Below are positions 39,298 through 52,693 of a DNA stretch of 64,000 nucleotides, in pieces. A model generated the notes under the pieces. That model was not told the origin of the DNA and made no database searches. It worked only from the letters and a program-made list of their open reading frames with translations. This stretch comes from an archaeon. Its GTDB lineage: Archaea > Nanobdellota > Nanobdellia > Woesearchaeales > JBDRAZ01. Made by a program: the position numbers and the translations under genes. The stretch spans positions 3,592-67,591 of the forward strand of contig JBDRAZ010000038.1 of assembly GCA_043823195.1 (NCBI GenBank). The letters run 5' to 3'. Position 1 is the stretch's first letter. Each line of letters starts with the position of its first letter.

Positions 39298-40380
39298 TCA
39301 GATAAGGGGCAGGATGTATAGCCTGATGCAGATGAGAAAATCGCCTTGGCACAGCAGAGTAAGGGCGGCCCCAAGAAGCATGAAGGGTGCGAAGGGAAGC
39401 GTATGGAAGATTCTTATGGTATGGTCGGGCAGCCTGCCCTGGTTGTGCAGGTCAATTATTTCTGTTATCTGCTTTTTTGTCAGTCCCTCGGTTGTTGCGC
39501 CAAACACCAGCCTGGGGGATGCCTGCTGGAACAGGCTTTGAATAAAGCTGTATGATATCCCGCTGCGTTTCCTCAGGATATCGTGATCATCCAGGATATT
39601 TTCAGCAAGGTGCATCCCGGGCTTCAGATTCTCAATATATATCTCGGATGTGAGGGCATCATATGAGAGTGTCAGAACATAGTACCTCATGACCAGGAAT
39701 AATACCAGTATTGTCAAGAATGAGCGGATGTAGGGCATTGTAAGGGTCTCATCATGCCCAAGGGTCAGGGCCAAGACCGACACCAGAATCCCGACCAGGG
39801 ATATCTTTATGCTGAATTTCTCAAGAATGAAGAGGATTACAAAAAGTATCACTACCATGACAAAGAAATCAAATGGGATATCCATCAGGGCAAAAATCCC
39901 TCCGATAATCCATGAGAATCCGAACAGGAACACAGCCATGCCCAGCATCAAGGATGGGCTTAGTATCATCTTCACGGCATTAAGCTGATGCCTGATGCCT
40001 GTTTTTATTATAATCCTGAACAAGTAATAGAAAAACAAGGGAACAAATGTGTTTACCAGGAGTGTGAAGGCAGTCAGATAGGGGCTGTGGATTCCGTGAA
40101 TGTATACTGTCCCGGGAATGAGCGCAGAGTATGCAAGGAAGAGCTTTGCATCGCCTGCAGACCACAACCCGGCAATCCAGATGATAAACCCGTAAAAAAA
40201 AGACATGAGCAGATTTATTGCATAGACCAAGAGGGAAGACCCGGTGACCAGTGTGGTGACAAGGGAGTATGCAAGGGCAATCACTATCCACTTGTTCCGT
40301 ATTATTCCGCGCCGGAAGTCTTCAAATGAGGTTAGAAGACCAAAAAAGACCAGGAACGGAACAAATATAACCGGATGCAT
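39298..40380 (-). CDS. A24 family prepilin/preflagellin peptidase
   Basis: FEDFRRGII.N, SAGDAKL (GxGD-type), LKPGM, C-terminal LPFAPF; many TM helices. Confidence 0.88.
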   Translation of the reverse strand: MHPVIFVPFLVFFGLLTSFEDFRRGIIRNKWIVIALAYSLVTTLVTGSSLLVYAINLLMSFFYGFIIWIAGLWSAGDAKLFLAYSALIPGTVYIHGIHSPYLTAFTLLVNTFVPLFFYYLFRIIIKTGIRHQLNAVKMILSPSLMLGMAVFLFGFSWIIGGIFALMDIPFDFFVMVVILFVILFILEKFSIKISLVGILVSVLALTLGHDETLTMPYIRSFLTILVLFLVMRYYVLTLSYDALTSEIYIENLKPGMHLAENILDDHDILRKRSGISYSFIQSLFQQASPRLVFGATTEGLTKKQITEIIDLHNQGRLPDHTIRIFHTLPFAPFMLLGAALTLLCQGDFLICIRLYILPLI

Positions 40381-40381
40381 C

Positions 40382-41995
40382 CTATATGCTGCCTTTTCTG
40401 AGACCGCCTTTCCTGAGGCTGCCTGCTACTGTAATTGCTTCTATACCAGGCAGGGTACCTTTCTCAATCAGCTCCAGCGTGGCGCCGCCGGCATTGGAGA
40501 CTGCCGTAAACGAGCCTCGGCTGCCGAACCGGTTTATGACTGCTGTGGTGTCTCCGCCGCCTGCAATAGTTGTTCCTCCGGAGCCCTTTGCCTCGCCGAT
40601 TGCCTGCAGCACCATTTCATGAACATGGGAAAGTCCTTCTGCCCGCGGATCCTCTATGCTTAAGGGCCCGGCCAGAAGCACAATGCCTGCATCTCTGACC
40701 CTGCTGCAGATACTTGCGACGCTCCGGGGGCCCGGTGCTATGCCCAGCCAGCCGGCCGGAATGCCGGCAGCCCTGCCATGGACCACGGCCCTGCAGCCCT
40801 TAGGGAGATAGCCGCCCTTGTCAGGGGCCTTGTCCGCGATAACATGATCTTCTGCAAGCATCAGCTGGATCCCTTTATCATTGGCCTTCAGAATCACCCG
40901 GGCAGCAAACACTGTCTGCTCCCCTTCCTGGCCCCACCTCATGTAAGAATCACCTATCAGCCCCCTGATGTCACCAGGGGTAATGCCCAGAATCGCCAGA
41001 AGCTTGTCAGACTTGGATTTCTGAACCTGCGCCTCACGGTCTGAGGCACGCCGTGATGCATCTGGCTTGCCGTCCTCTTTTATGGCCTTAACCTCCCCGG
41101 CCAGTGTTTTGTTATATAAGTCAATGATGCTGCCGGCAGAATCCAGGTTCCCTTTTATCCTGCCAAGAAACTCTTGTGCCACAAGGAAGGTGTAGACAAC
41201 GGCTCCGCCAACAACCAGTGTGTCTCCGGCCCTCATCTTGTCCATGAGGGCATTGGTGACTGATATTTTTGACGTGATTCCCGGGTCAGTCTCGATCTTC
41301 TTGCCCGAAAGGAAGAGTACAAATGAACCCCGGTTTTCATCCTCCAGCCCATGGGACAGGCTGCCCATGTGCCTGACTATTTCAGGGTATCTCAGTCCGA
41401 ATACAGCCTGCCCTCCATTTGAGACCACATATCGGGGCGTGCTGACTATTGTTGCTTCAGGCCTGTGGTTCTGGGCCTCGGCCTCGTTAACATAAACAGC
41501 GCCATGCCCGCCAAGATCTGCTATGAACCTGGCAAAGTCCTGGTCATCTGCATTGGCTTCCGGGTCATACCGCACATTCTCCAGAACGCAAAGCTGCCCC
41601 GGCTTAAGCTGGCTCGTTATTTGTTTGACCTCTGCCCTGTTTTTGTTCACGCTTCTCGGTGAAGAGCCATCGAGCGCATTTGGAGCCATCAGAACCGGAT
41701 GTCTCAGGCAATTGTCTTCTTCCATCAGTTCCTGCAAGCGGATTACAGCAGGGGCCATGCTCAGGTCAGGGTCAGCCCCCTTGGGCCTCCCCAGCCAGCC
41801 CGCAGCTACGACCACCCTGCAATTTTTTTCAACCAGGTGTTTAATCGTAGGGAGGACATCCCTTATCCTGGAGTCATCTGATATCCTTTCGGCAGTCAGC
41901 AGCTCTTTTGCCGTATCAATAGGCAGGTCAAAAGCAACACGCAGAATCACGCACTTGTCATCAATGTCAACATCCCTGATTGTCTTAAGCTTCAA
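40382..41995 (-). CDS. pgk: phosphoglycerate kinase-like protein, divergent and with insertions
   Basis: DDSRI...LPTI, LGRPKG, LENVRY, GGGDT, GGATLE..E..TLPGI. Confidence 0.8.
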   Translation of the reverse strand: MKLKTIRDVDIDDKCVILRVAFDLPIDTAKELLTAERISDDSRIRDVLPTIKHLVEKNCRVVVAAGWLGRPKGADPDLSMAPAVIRLQELMEEDNCLRHPVLMAPNALDGSSPRSVNKNRAEVKQITSQLKPGQLCVLENVRYDPEANADDQDFARFIADLGGHGAVYVNEAEAQNHRPEATIVSTPRYVVSNGGQAVFGLRYPEIVRHMGSLSHGLEDENRGSFVLFLSGKKIETDPGITSKISVTNALMDKMRAGDTLVVGGAVVYTFLVAQEFLGRIKGNLDSAGSIIDLYNKTLAGEVKAIKEDGKPDASRRASDREAQVQKSKSDKLLAILGITPGDIRGLIGDSYMRWGQEGEQTVFAARVILKANDKGIQLMLAEDHVIADKAPDKGGYLPKGCRAVVHGRAAGIPAGWLGIAPGPRSVASICSRVRDAGIVLLAGPLSIEDPRAEGLSHVHEMVLQAIGEAKGSGGTTIAGGGDTTAVINRFGSRGSFTAVSNAGGATLELIEKGTLPGIEAITVAGSLRKGGLRKGSI

Positions 41996-42012
41996 TCTGA
42001 ACCACCCCCCGC

Positions 42013-43140
42013 CTAGAGGTGCAATACCTTTCTTATAAGTTTTTTGGTAAAGAGAATTGAGCGGATATAAACCGGCTGCCTCAGCCTGATCGCGTGCTCC
42101 GGGCAGAGCTCATAGCAGCAGTAGCACTTGATGCATCTGCCGTACGCTATTCGCGGATATGGCCTCATTGAGATGGCCCCAACCGGGCAGGCCTTCCGGC
42201 ATTTTTTGCACTGGATGCACAACCGGTCCCTGCATACGGGTCTTGCCAGGATGAGACCCTGGAACAGGCTCAGCAATGCTGCCGGGATTCTGCGGCTGAA
42301 AAGCCGGGGCTTGTCGTAGTCAACCCTCTTCGTACTGCCCACCTCTTCCGGCTTATCGGTGAGCCCGCGCTGGAGGCCAAACCTGTTTGTCAGGACATCA
42401 TCCCTCCCAAAGCCAATCCTTTCCGAGGCTACAATGTCAAGTGCCAGGCAGTCCTGTGATGCAAGGATCAGCCCGGTATTTCGGGGATGCCCCCCCCTTC
42501 CGGGGCCGTAGCCCTCAAGGCCGATCACCCCGTCCATTATGGCTATAATAGGGATGTCAAAGGCCGTGTAAATATCCAGCAGAAGCTGTGAAAAGAGCTC
42601 TGCGGTCTTGCCGATCCGGTGAAATTCGGATTTTGTGCCTCCCGGAAGGAAGCCATAGAGATTCTTTACCGCTCCGGTGTACCTGGTCAGCGCATGTGTC
42701 TTTAGTTTCGGCAGGTTGACTATGTAATCAATTTCCCTGAGGCGGGCTGAAAGGGGAACCTCGCTAAGGACCATTCCCTTGACAGGTTTCCTCTCAATTA
42801 CCGTATTCTCAAAAAACAGTGGCTCGGCCCTGAATCTCCTGATGACCTCATCCATTCCGGTGATCCGGAATATCTCCCGGCCGGCAGCAAGGGATGGTCC
42901 CATGCTCTCGGCAATAATTATCCTGCAGCCACGTTTCCTCAGAAGCCTGCAGACCGCTGCAACAACCGAAGGGTGCGTGGTTATTGCCTCATCAGGGTGC
43001 GCTGCGAGAAGAAGATTTGGCTTGATCAGGACTGTGCCCCCGGAAAAGCTGAAGCTGATTTTTTTCAGTGCTGTTTTTATTGCCCTCTCTACGAGAACAG
43101 GATCATAGGATGGGCATTCTGCAACTGAAACCTTTGCCAT
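42013..43140 (-). CDS. DUF362 domain protein with C-terminal 4Fe-4S dicluster
   Basis: VLIKPNL, TTHP, NLPKLKTH...TGAVKN, two CxxCxxCxxxCP motifs. Confidence 0.9.
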   Translation of the reverse strand: MAKVSVAECPSYDPVLVERAIKTALKKISFSFSGGTVLIKPNLLLAAHPDEAITTHPSVVAAVCRLLRKRGCRIIIAESMGPSLAAGREIFRITGMDEVIRRFRAEPLFFENTVIERKPVKGMVLSEVPLSARLREIDYIVNLPKLKTHALTRYTGAVKNLYGFLPGGTKSEFHRIGKTAELFSQLLLDIYTAFDIPIIAIMDGVIGLEGYGPGRGGHPRNTGLILASQDCLALDIVASERIGFGRDDVLTNRFGLQRGLTDKPEEVGSTKRVDYDKPRLFSRRIPAALLSLFQGLILARPVCRDRLCIQCKKCRKACPVGAISMRPYPRIAYGRCIKCYCCYELCPEHAIRLRQPVYIRSILFTKKLIRKVLHL

Positions 43141-43172
43141 GCATAAATCAAATAAGGAAGAAATATAAAAAC

Positions 43173-46550
<3,378 letters not shown>

Positions 46551-46700
46551 ACCTCTTTAAAAATGTCATTATCAAATCAGTTTATAAACATTTGTCTTAA
46601 TTGCACAATGGTATGTTCCAGGCGCCTGTTGGGGAAAAATTTTGCAGCCCGGGCCCATGGCTTTGGAACCGCTGAACATGCCGCAGGATACCATGCGCTC

Positions 46701-48257
46701 TTACCGGGCAGATTTGCAGAGGAAATACCTGAACCCCTTCTCAATTGCCTCAAGGCTTGCTTCAATAATATTTGTTGAAACACCGACCGTTGCCCAGACT
46801 GTGTGGTTCCTGAATTCAATGTAAACCCTTACTGATGATTCGGCACCCCTGTCCTGGGCGATCATAACCTTATAGTTGATCAGGCTAATATCCCATATTC
46901 CCCTGTGGTTGGTCGCAATCATCTTTTGCAGGGCCTTGTAGAGGGCATCAACAGGGCCGCCATCAACAGGAGCAACAACCTCTCGCTGTTTTCCATCAAC
47001 TGTGCCGGTGATTACTGCTTCGCTGTATTCCCCGTTTCTCTGCTCACACATAACCTTCCATGTGCGGACTTTAAAGAATTGCCTATCCTCTTTCAGGAAT
47101 CGCTCTACAAGCAGGAAGTGTTCAGCAGGCAGGCTGCTGATATCATAGCCTGCGTTCTCAAGGCGCCCGACTTCAGCAAGCATCTCACTAACGCCCCTGC
47201 TGTTCTTGTCAACTGAGAGGCCCATGCCTTTTGCGATTTCAACTATGCTTGCCTTCCCGGACAGATCGCTCAGTATTATCTGTCGCTTGTTCCCGACAGA
47301 TGCAGGCTCGATATGCTCATATGATGCCCCTTTAGACATGGCATCGACGTGAACACCCCCCTTGTGCGCAAAGGCGTTCCTGCCAACATACGGCTGTGCG
47401 CTGCTGGGCCTAAGGTTTGTAAGGGTATAGGCTTGCTTGCTGAGATTCGTGATCTGATCCAGCCTGACCTTTGGCAATTTGATATCCTTCTTCAGCATAA
47501 GATTCGGAACCACCTGGCACAGGTCTGCATTCCCTGCGCGCTCGCCTAACCCATTGACGGTCACGTGGAACTGGGTCAGATGATCTGAGGCAACCACCGA
47601 GTTGGCTACTGCACACCCCGAGTCATTGTGCATATGGATCCCCAGGGTTCCCGAGACATTTCTTTTCATAAGCTGCTGATCCACTTCATCAACGATGCGC
47701 AGGACTTCATCAGGAAGAAAACCGCCGTTCGTATCGCACAGAATAAGGCGTTCTGCGCCAGCTTCTGCGGCGGTCAGCAGGCACTCAATCGCGTATTCGC
47801 TGTCATCTGCATACCCGTCGAAGAAGTGCTCAGCATCATAGAAAACAGCAAGGCCCTTCTTCCTGAGGAATCCGATGCTGTCACGTATCATGCCGAGATT
47901 CTGTTCCGGAGTCGCCTTCAGCTGCTTGCCTATGTGGTCTTTGATTGTCTTGCCAAAAATGGTTGCTGTCCTGGCACCGCTCTCTAGAATGGCTGAAAGA
48001 TTTGGATCATCATCTGGCTTCATGTCCTTTCGTCTTGTGGACCCGAAGGCAACAATCTGCGCATTCCTGAGCTTCAGCCCGGCTGCCTTCTGAAAGCACT
48101 GCATGTCCTTTGCATTTGACCCAGGCCAACCCAGCTCAATATAGTCAACCCCAAAATCATCAAGGAGCTGCACAAGCTCAATCTTATCCCTGACAGTAAG
48201 GTTGACCTCACCGCCCTGGGTTCCGTCACGCAAGGTGCAATCATATATCTCAGTCAT
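46701..48257 (-). CDS. cimA: citramalate synthase (CimA/LeuA-related)
   Basis: YDCTLRDG.Q, GWPGSN.KD, YDAEHFFDG, HMHNDSG, AHKGGVH; C-terminal regulatory domain; SD GGAGG. Confidence 0.88.
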   Translation of the reverse strand: MTEIYDCTLRDGTQGGEVNLTVRDKIELVQLLDDFGVDYIELGWPGSNAKDMQCFQKAAGLKLRNAQIVAFGSTRRKDMKPDDDPNLSAILESGARTATIFGKTIKDHIGKQLKATPEQNLGMIRDSIGFLRKKGLAVFYDAEHFFDGYADDSEYAIECLLTAAEAGAERLILCDTNGGFLPDEVLRIVDEVDQQLMKRNVSGTLGIHMHNDSGCAVANSVVASDHLTQFHVTVNGLGERAGNADLCQVVPNLMLKKDIKLPKVRLDQITNLSKQAYTLTNLRPSSAQPYVGRNAFAHKGGVHVDAMSKGASYEHIEPASVGNKRQIILSDLSGKASIVEIAKGMGLSVDKNSRGVSEMLAEVGRLENAGYDISSLPAEHFLLVERFLKEDRQFFKVRTWKVMCEQRNGEYSEAVITGTVDGKQREVVAPVDGGPVDALYKALQKMIATNHRGIWDISLINYKVMIAQDRGAESSVRVYIEFRNHTVWATVGVSTNIIEASLEAIEKGFRYFLCKSAR

Positions 48258-48297
48258 TTTGTTCCTCCAGAATGCACGGGCCGTTATCTGGCCTAAA

Positions 48298-48345
48298 CTA
48301 AATAATAATAACAGAAGCAATCTTGTTTTGCATCGCCTGATTCAT
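48298..48345 (-). promoter_or_regulatory. Ile/Val-rich leader peptide MNQAMQNKIASVIII upstream of cimA
   Basis: ATG about 24 nt downstream of TTTATAAA (48369-48376); ends GTT ATT ATT ATT TAG 40 nt before cimA. Confidence 0.65.
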
Positions 48346-48405
48346 GTCTGGGTAAGGTTGAGAGGATGTTTATAAATCTTTTGCTGATGGGCCGGATTGT
48401 GCCTG

Positions 48406-49464
48406 CTATTTTCTCTCAATACCCAGTATGCTCAGGAAAAATGAGGAAAAGATTGTCTGCATTCCGATGATAAGCACTGTGAGATTTGTTATTGTGAGCG
48501 TGAATCCGGAAACCAGCAAGCCGGTAAGCAGAATCAGGCTTCCAATTATTATCCCTTTCTCGACAGAGATGTGCTTGTTAAGGAGGTCAATCCAGGGGTC
48601 ATGTTCACCCAGGTGAACAGAGGCATATGTTTTGGCAAATATTCCCAGCAAAAGAATCTGGTAGCCGCCGATTGCCGACAGGCTGAATATGAACGGGACA
48701 GGCAAATGCAGCAACCCATCAGACAGTGTGCTGTAGAGCAGCAATGAAAAAGCCAGGACAAGCAGCAGAAATCCCGGAATGATAAACAGATAATCCGGCG
48801 AGTACAGCAGCATAAACCTCAGGTGCTTCCAGCCATCCCGGAAGGAGTCCAGCTTTGACTCCCCAACACGGGGATAATATGATATCGGCACCTCGCATAC
48901 CCGCAGGTCTGCCTTTACTGCCTTAATTATCATCTCTGTTGCAAATTCCATCCCGGTTGTGTTCAGCTTAAGCCTGGCAAGCGCCTCTGCCTTGATTGCG
49001 CGCATGCCTGAGTGAACATCGCTCAGCCGTGATCCGAAGAGCAGGTTGGTTATGCCGGACAGGAGGGGATTTCCCAGATACCTATGCAGGAACAGCATTG
49101 CGCCTTTCTTGATATCGCCCTTCAGACGCGTGCCAACAACAAGATCACAGCCCTTTATGGCTTTAAGGAATTTTGGAATTTCATTAAAATCGTATGTATT
49201 GTCAGCATCCCCGTACAGAATGACGGTGCCCTTTGCGTGCCTGAACCCCTCCAGAAGCGCATTGCCATAGCCCTTGGTGTGCCTGACGACGGTTGCCCCA
49301 AGCTTACGCGCAATCCCTGCGGAATCATCATGCGATGAATCGGAGATAATTATCTCCCCGTTTATCTTCTCCCTGGCAAGCACTCCCTGTATCTTCTTTA
49401 TGCAAAGTCCTACAGTGGCCTCTTCATCCCTGCAGGGAAGTATGACTGAGAGGTACGGATTCAT
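48406..49464 (-). CDS. glycosyltransferase family 2 (dolichol-phosphate mannosyltransferase-like) with C-terminal TM helices
   Basis: SVILPCRDEE, GYGNAL, DADNTYD, SDVHSGMR, GMEFATEM. Confidence 0.9.
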   Translation of the reverse strand: MNPYLSVILPCRDEEATVGLCIKKIQGVLAREKINGEIIISDSSHDDSAGIARKLGATVVRHTKGYGNALLEGFRHAKGTVILYGDADNTYDFNEIPKFLKAIKGCDLVVGTRLKGDIKKGAMLFLHRYLGNPLLSGITNLLFGSRLSDVHSGMRAIKAEALARLKLNTTGMEFATEMIIKAVKADLRVCEVPISYYPRVGESKLDSFRDGWKHLRFMLLYSPDYLFIIPGFLLLVLAFSLLLYSTLSDGLLHLPVPFIFSLSAIGGYQILLLGIFAKTYASVHLGEHDPWIDLLNKHISVEKGIIIGSLILLTGLLVSGFTLTITNLTVLIIGMQTIFSSFFLSILGIERK

Positions 49465-49491
49465 GAGGAACATCCTAGATGCAGAATCTAT

Positions 49492-50481
49492 TTAAATCCT
49501 TTCATCATGACGGCGCCTGTTGAAGATATCAACGAACTCAGGCAGGCAGTGCCGGCACTCGGGATAAAAATGCCCGGATTCAAGGCGTTTTCTAAAGGCC
49601 TGCATCCGCTCACCCACCCATAATTCCCTAAACGGCCTATCCCGGATATTTCCAATGACGTTTTCGTACATGCTTGCAAGTATGCAGCATGCAAGAACAT
49701 CGCCCCTTGAATTGACAAAGGCCATGTCCCCCGGGGCATAGCAGAATTCCGGAACATCATGCTCAAAGAGGCCGTGCCTGACCAGGGAGCCGATGTTGGA
49801 CGCTATTTTTTGCTCAGCCATTGATTTTTGTGCCTCAAGAAGGCACCTGCTGATTTCAGTCTCGGGCAGTCCCCGTAAGGAGAGCTGCCTGTTGGTTGAC
49901 CATTCCAGGAGCACCGAGAAATAGACAGATGATATGCCTGCGCGCCTTGCAATGCCTGCATAGCCTGCCAGGCTGGCCAGGTTTACCCTGGTGACCACGG
50001 CGCCAAGCCTGATAACGGGCTTTTCACTGGCCTGCCTTCTTTTCTCTTCAGAAAGGCTCTTAATTGCCGCATACACCATCCGAAAGACCCCTTTGCCGCG
50101 AATCCCGTCATTGTCTGCCTCGGTTGTGCCATCCAGCGAAAAACAGATGTCATCCAGCTGAATATCAACAACCGCTTTAATCAGGGAGCTGTCAAGCATC
50201 GTTGCGTTGCTTGTAAGTGAGGTGAAAAGGCCGAGGTCTTTGGACTTCCGAATAATCTCCAGGATGTCCTTTTTCATGAAGGGTTCACCGCCGCCGGTGA
50301 GGTCTGCTGATTTTACACCCATTGATCTGGCATCTTCCAGAAGGCTGAATATTTCTTCTTTTGTCAGCTCCTCACCCGCTTTCGCGTTGGGGTCGGTCTT
50401 CTTTTCCAGCCTCCAGCAGGTTTTGCATCTAAGATTACATGCATCTGTAGGGCTGATCATAAGCTTGTCAGGGCCCTTCAT
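49492..50481 (-). CDS. radical SAM protein with SPASM/Twitch domain
   Basis: CNLRCKTC, TGGGEP, CYAP...GDVLACC...CRHC. Confidence 0.9.
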   Translation of the reverse strand: MKGPDKLMISPTDACNLRCKTCWRLEKKTDPNAKAGEELTKEEIFSLLEDARSMGVKSADLTGGGEPFMKKDILEIIRKSKDLGLFTSLTSNATMLDSSLIKAVVDIQLDDICFSLDGTTEADNDGIRGKGVFRMVYAAIKSLSEEKRRQASEKPVIRLGAVVTRVNLASLAGYAGIARRAGISSVYFSVLLEWSTNRQLSLRGLPETEISRCLLEAQKSMAEQKIASNIGSLVRHGLFEHDVPEFCYAPGDMAFVNSRGDVLACCILASMYENVIGNIRDRPFRELWVGERMQAFRKRLESGHFYPECRHCLPEFVDIFNRRRHDERI

Positions 50482-51536
50482 TTTTCAAGCTCCTTGCGAA
50501 TTTCAAGATTGTTTGTAACCAGTGTTGTGCAGCATTTCCTGCAGTAGTCGGACAGGCTGCTGTCAAGCATATCCTGCCTGCGTTTCTGAAAATACGGGCC
50601 GTACCAGATCTGTTCCAGGGTTCTATTCCTGATGTTCTCGGTGGCTGCCTCATCAAAGAAGCCGCATGGCCCGACCCTGCCATCCACCCTTATGCCCATC
50701 CTGTAGAACGGCTCAAAACAGGGCATGTTAACAAAGCCGGCCCTGCCTGTTGAAAGCACCTCTTTCATGCTGCCTGTTTTTTCAACAAGCCTTGTTTCAA
50801 AGAACCTGCGCAGATTTGTGGTGATTGCATATTTATCCGCGAGGCCCGCCGCTTTTGTGGCAATCCGGGTGAATTCATGCTGCTGAACGGGATTCAGCCT
50901 CAATGCCTCACCCGCTTCAGAATATGAAGTGACCGGCTCGATAAAGACTGCATCCGCACCTATATTCTTGGCCAGACTTATTATCTCAGGAACCTGCCCA
51001 TAGTTGCGGTTAACCAGGACAACACCAATCTCCAGATACGGTTTGCCGGATTTCTGCCTGCGGCTGCTGAAATGCCTGATGTTCTCAACAGCCCTCCTGA
51101 ATGACCCATTGACACCGGTCAGATAGTCATTGGTCTTGCCATCAGCCCCGTGGAGGCTGACCTTAATATGATCCCACCCCAATCCGACAAGGTCCTCAAT
51201 CTGTTTGTGCGTGAAGTTTGTGCCATTGGTGCAGAGGTAGCCCTGCATGCCGCGGGCTTTGACAAGCTTCATAATCCCCATAGTGTCTCGACGGACAGTC
51301 GCTTCACCGCCCCCGATCACCTTGAACTCCCCAACACCCAGTTTCGCGGCATCTTCGATTATTTCCTTGTATTTGCCCAAAGGCAGCTCTTCGAGATAAT
51401 CAATATTATCGGCACCCACCCTCCAGCAAAATCTGCATCGGTGGTTGCACCTGAGCGTAGGCGCTATCTCAATCCCCCAGGGAGGGGCACTATGACCCCC
51501 GGCCCAGGTCCTGAGGCGCCGGATTACCTCGTTCAT
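50478..51536 (-). CDS. radical SAM protein with SPASM/Twitch domain
   Basis: CNHRCRFC, GGGE, CFEPF...DGRVGPC...CRKC; ATGA overlaps. Confidence 0.9.
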   Translation of the reverse strand: MNEVIRRLRTWAGGHSAPPWGIEIAPTLRCNHRCRFCWRVGADNIDYLEELPLGKYKEIIEDAAKLGVGEFKVIGGGEATVRRDTMGIMKLVKARGMQGYLCTNGTNFTHKQIEDLVGLGWDHIKVSLHGADGKTNDYLTGVNGSFRRAVENIRHFSSRRQKSGKPYLEIGVVLVNRNYGQVPEIISLAKNIGADAVFIEPVTSYSEAGEALRLNPVQQHEFTRIATKAAGLADKYAITTNLRRFFETRLVEKTGSMKEVLSTGRAGFVNMPCFEPFYRMGIRVDGRVGPCGFFDEAATENIRNRTLEQIWYGPYFQKRRQDMLDSSLSDYCRKCCTTLVTNNLEIRKELEK

Positions 51537-52693
51537 GCCCGCCCCCATATGCGGTGCAGCGCCCGGCCAACACCAAAGGCGGCCACTGACTGCCCCAATT
51601 CAGCAACCTGATGGAATCTTCCTTTCGAGAGAAGAACCCTGAGACGCCTGTTCTCGTCCTGAATCCAGAGGCTGCACTTTGCACAGTCCGAATGCTTCCG
51701 GTTTTGTGATATCTGCAGCCTCATTTTGCTGAAGTACGGACCATACCAGATATCCTTAAGGCTTTTGGCCAGGATGTTGTCGGCATCAGGGTCGTAGATG
51801 TTGCAGCAGGGCTGCACAGATCCGTCCGGCCTCACAACCATTTTATGCCAAGGCTGGTAGCAGTAGTAATCCGAAAACCCGTGCGCCTGCCTGTCCGGAC
51901 CTGTCTCGATGTTTTCAGGATCATGTCTTCCTGAAGAGGGTCTTGCTGATGCATGCCGTGATAGGAAGCTGACATTTGTCGTTATCCTCTGATGATGCGC
52001 TGCCACAATGGCGGCATCTATCTCTTCGGGAAGCCTGTCTTTGTCGTCATCGTCGAGGGCCAACCTGCCTGTGTTTGGGTTAGCCACCAGCGGCTCAAAG
52101 TTCACCGAATCAGCGCCGTACTTTGCCCCCAGCAGTATCATTTCAGCAAGCTTGCTGCAGTTGTGCCTGTTCACTACCGTGTTTATTCCCAATGCGGGAC
52201 GTTTCCACCTAGGGTACCGGCAGAGTTTCAGGAGCGCTGAGCAGATTCTATCATAGGATCCCTGCACACCGCAGAGGTAATCATGCGTTCTGCTGTCGGG
52301 ACCTTCCAGTGATATGAATACGGCATCCCATCTGATACCGACCAAGCCGGGAACCATCCCTGACAGCAGCGTGCCATTGGTCGTTAGCTGGCCCCTCAGC
52401 CCCCTTTTTTTTATGTGCTGCATGAGGGGCAGGATTGCCTCCTTTCTGCAAAGGGGTTCTCCGTCACCTGACAGGTGAACCTGCCGCACGCCCATATCAG
52501 CCGCATCATCAATAATCTGCAGGCAGCGTCCGGTTGTGAGCTGGTCTTTGCCCTCCCTTGTAGTCCCCCGGAGGCTACCTTCGCAGAATTTGCATTCAAG
52601 GTTGCAGCGGTATGTGGGATTCAGGTCAAGAGCGACCGGACCGGCAGGGGTGCCGTTTTTCCATTTCCCAAGCCTGGTTACCTTGTGATACAT
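51533..52693 (-). CDS. radical SAM protein with SPASM/Twitch domain
   Basis: CNLECKFC, GDGEP, CYQPW...DGSVQPCC...CAKC. Confidence 0.9.
   Translation of the reverse strand: MYHKVTRLGKWKNGTPAGPVALDLNPTYRCNLECKFCEGSLRGTTREGKDQLTTGRCLQIIDDAADMGVRQVHLSGDGEPLCRKEAILPLMQHIKKRGLRGQLTTNGTLLSGMVPGLVGIRWDAVFISLEGPDSRTHDYLCGVQGSYDRICSALLKLCRYPRWKRPALGINTVVNRHNCSKLAEMILLGAKYGADSVNFEPLVANPNTGRLALDDDDKDRLPEEIDAAIVAAHHQRITTNVSFLSRHASARPSSGRHDPENIETGPDRQAHGFSDYYCYQPWHKMVVRPDGSVQPCCNIYDPDADNILAKSLKDIWYGPYFSKMRLQISQNRKHSDCAKCSLWIQDENRRLRVLLSKGRFHQVAELGQSVAAFGVGRALHRIWGRA

Noticed and set aside
48258..48320. Poly-Leu signal peptide on CimA from the TTG start
   Set aside because: CimA is cytoplasmic and ATG 48257 has a good SD; the region is treated as a regulatory leader
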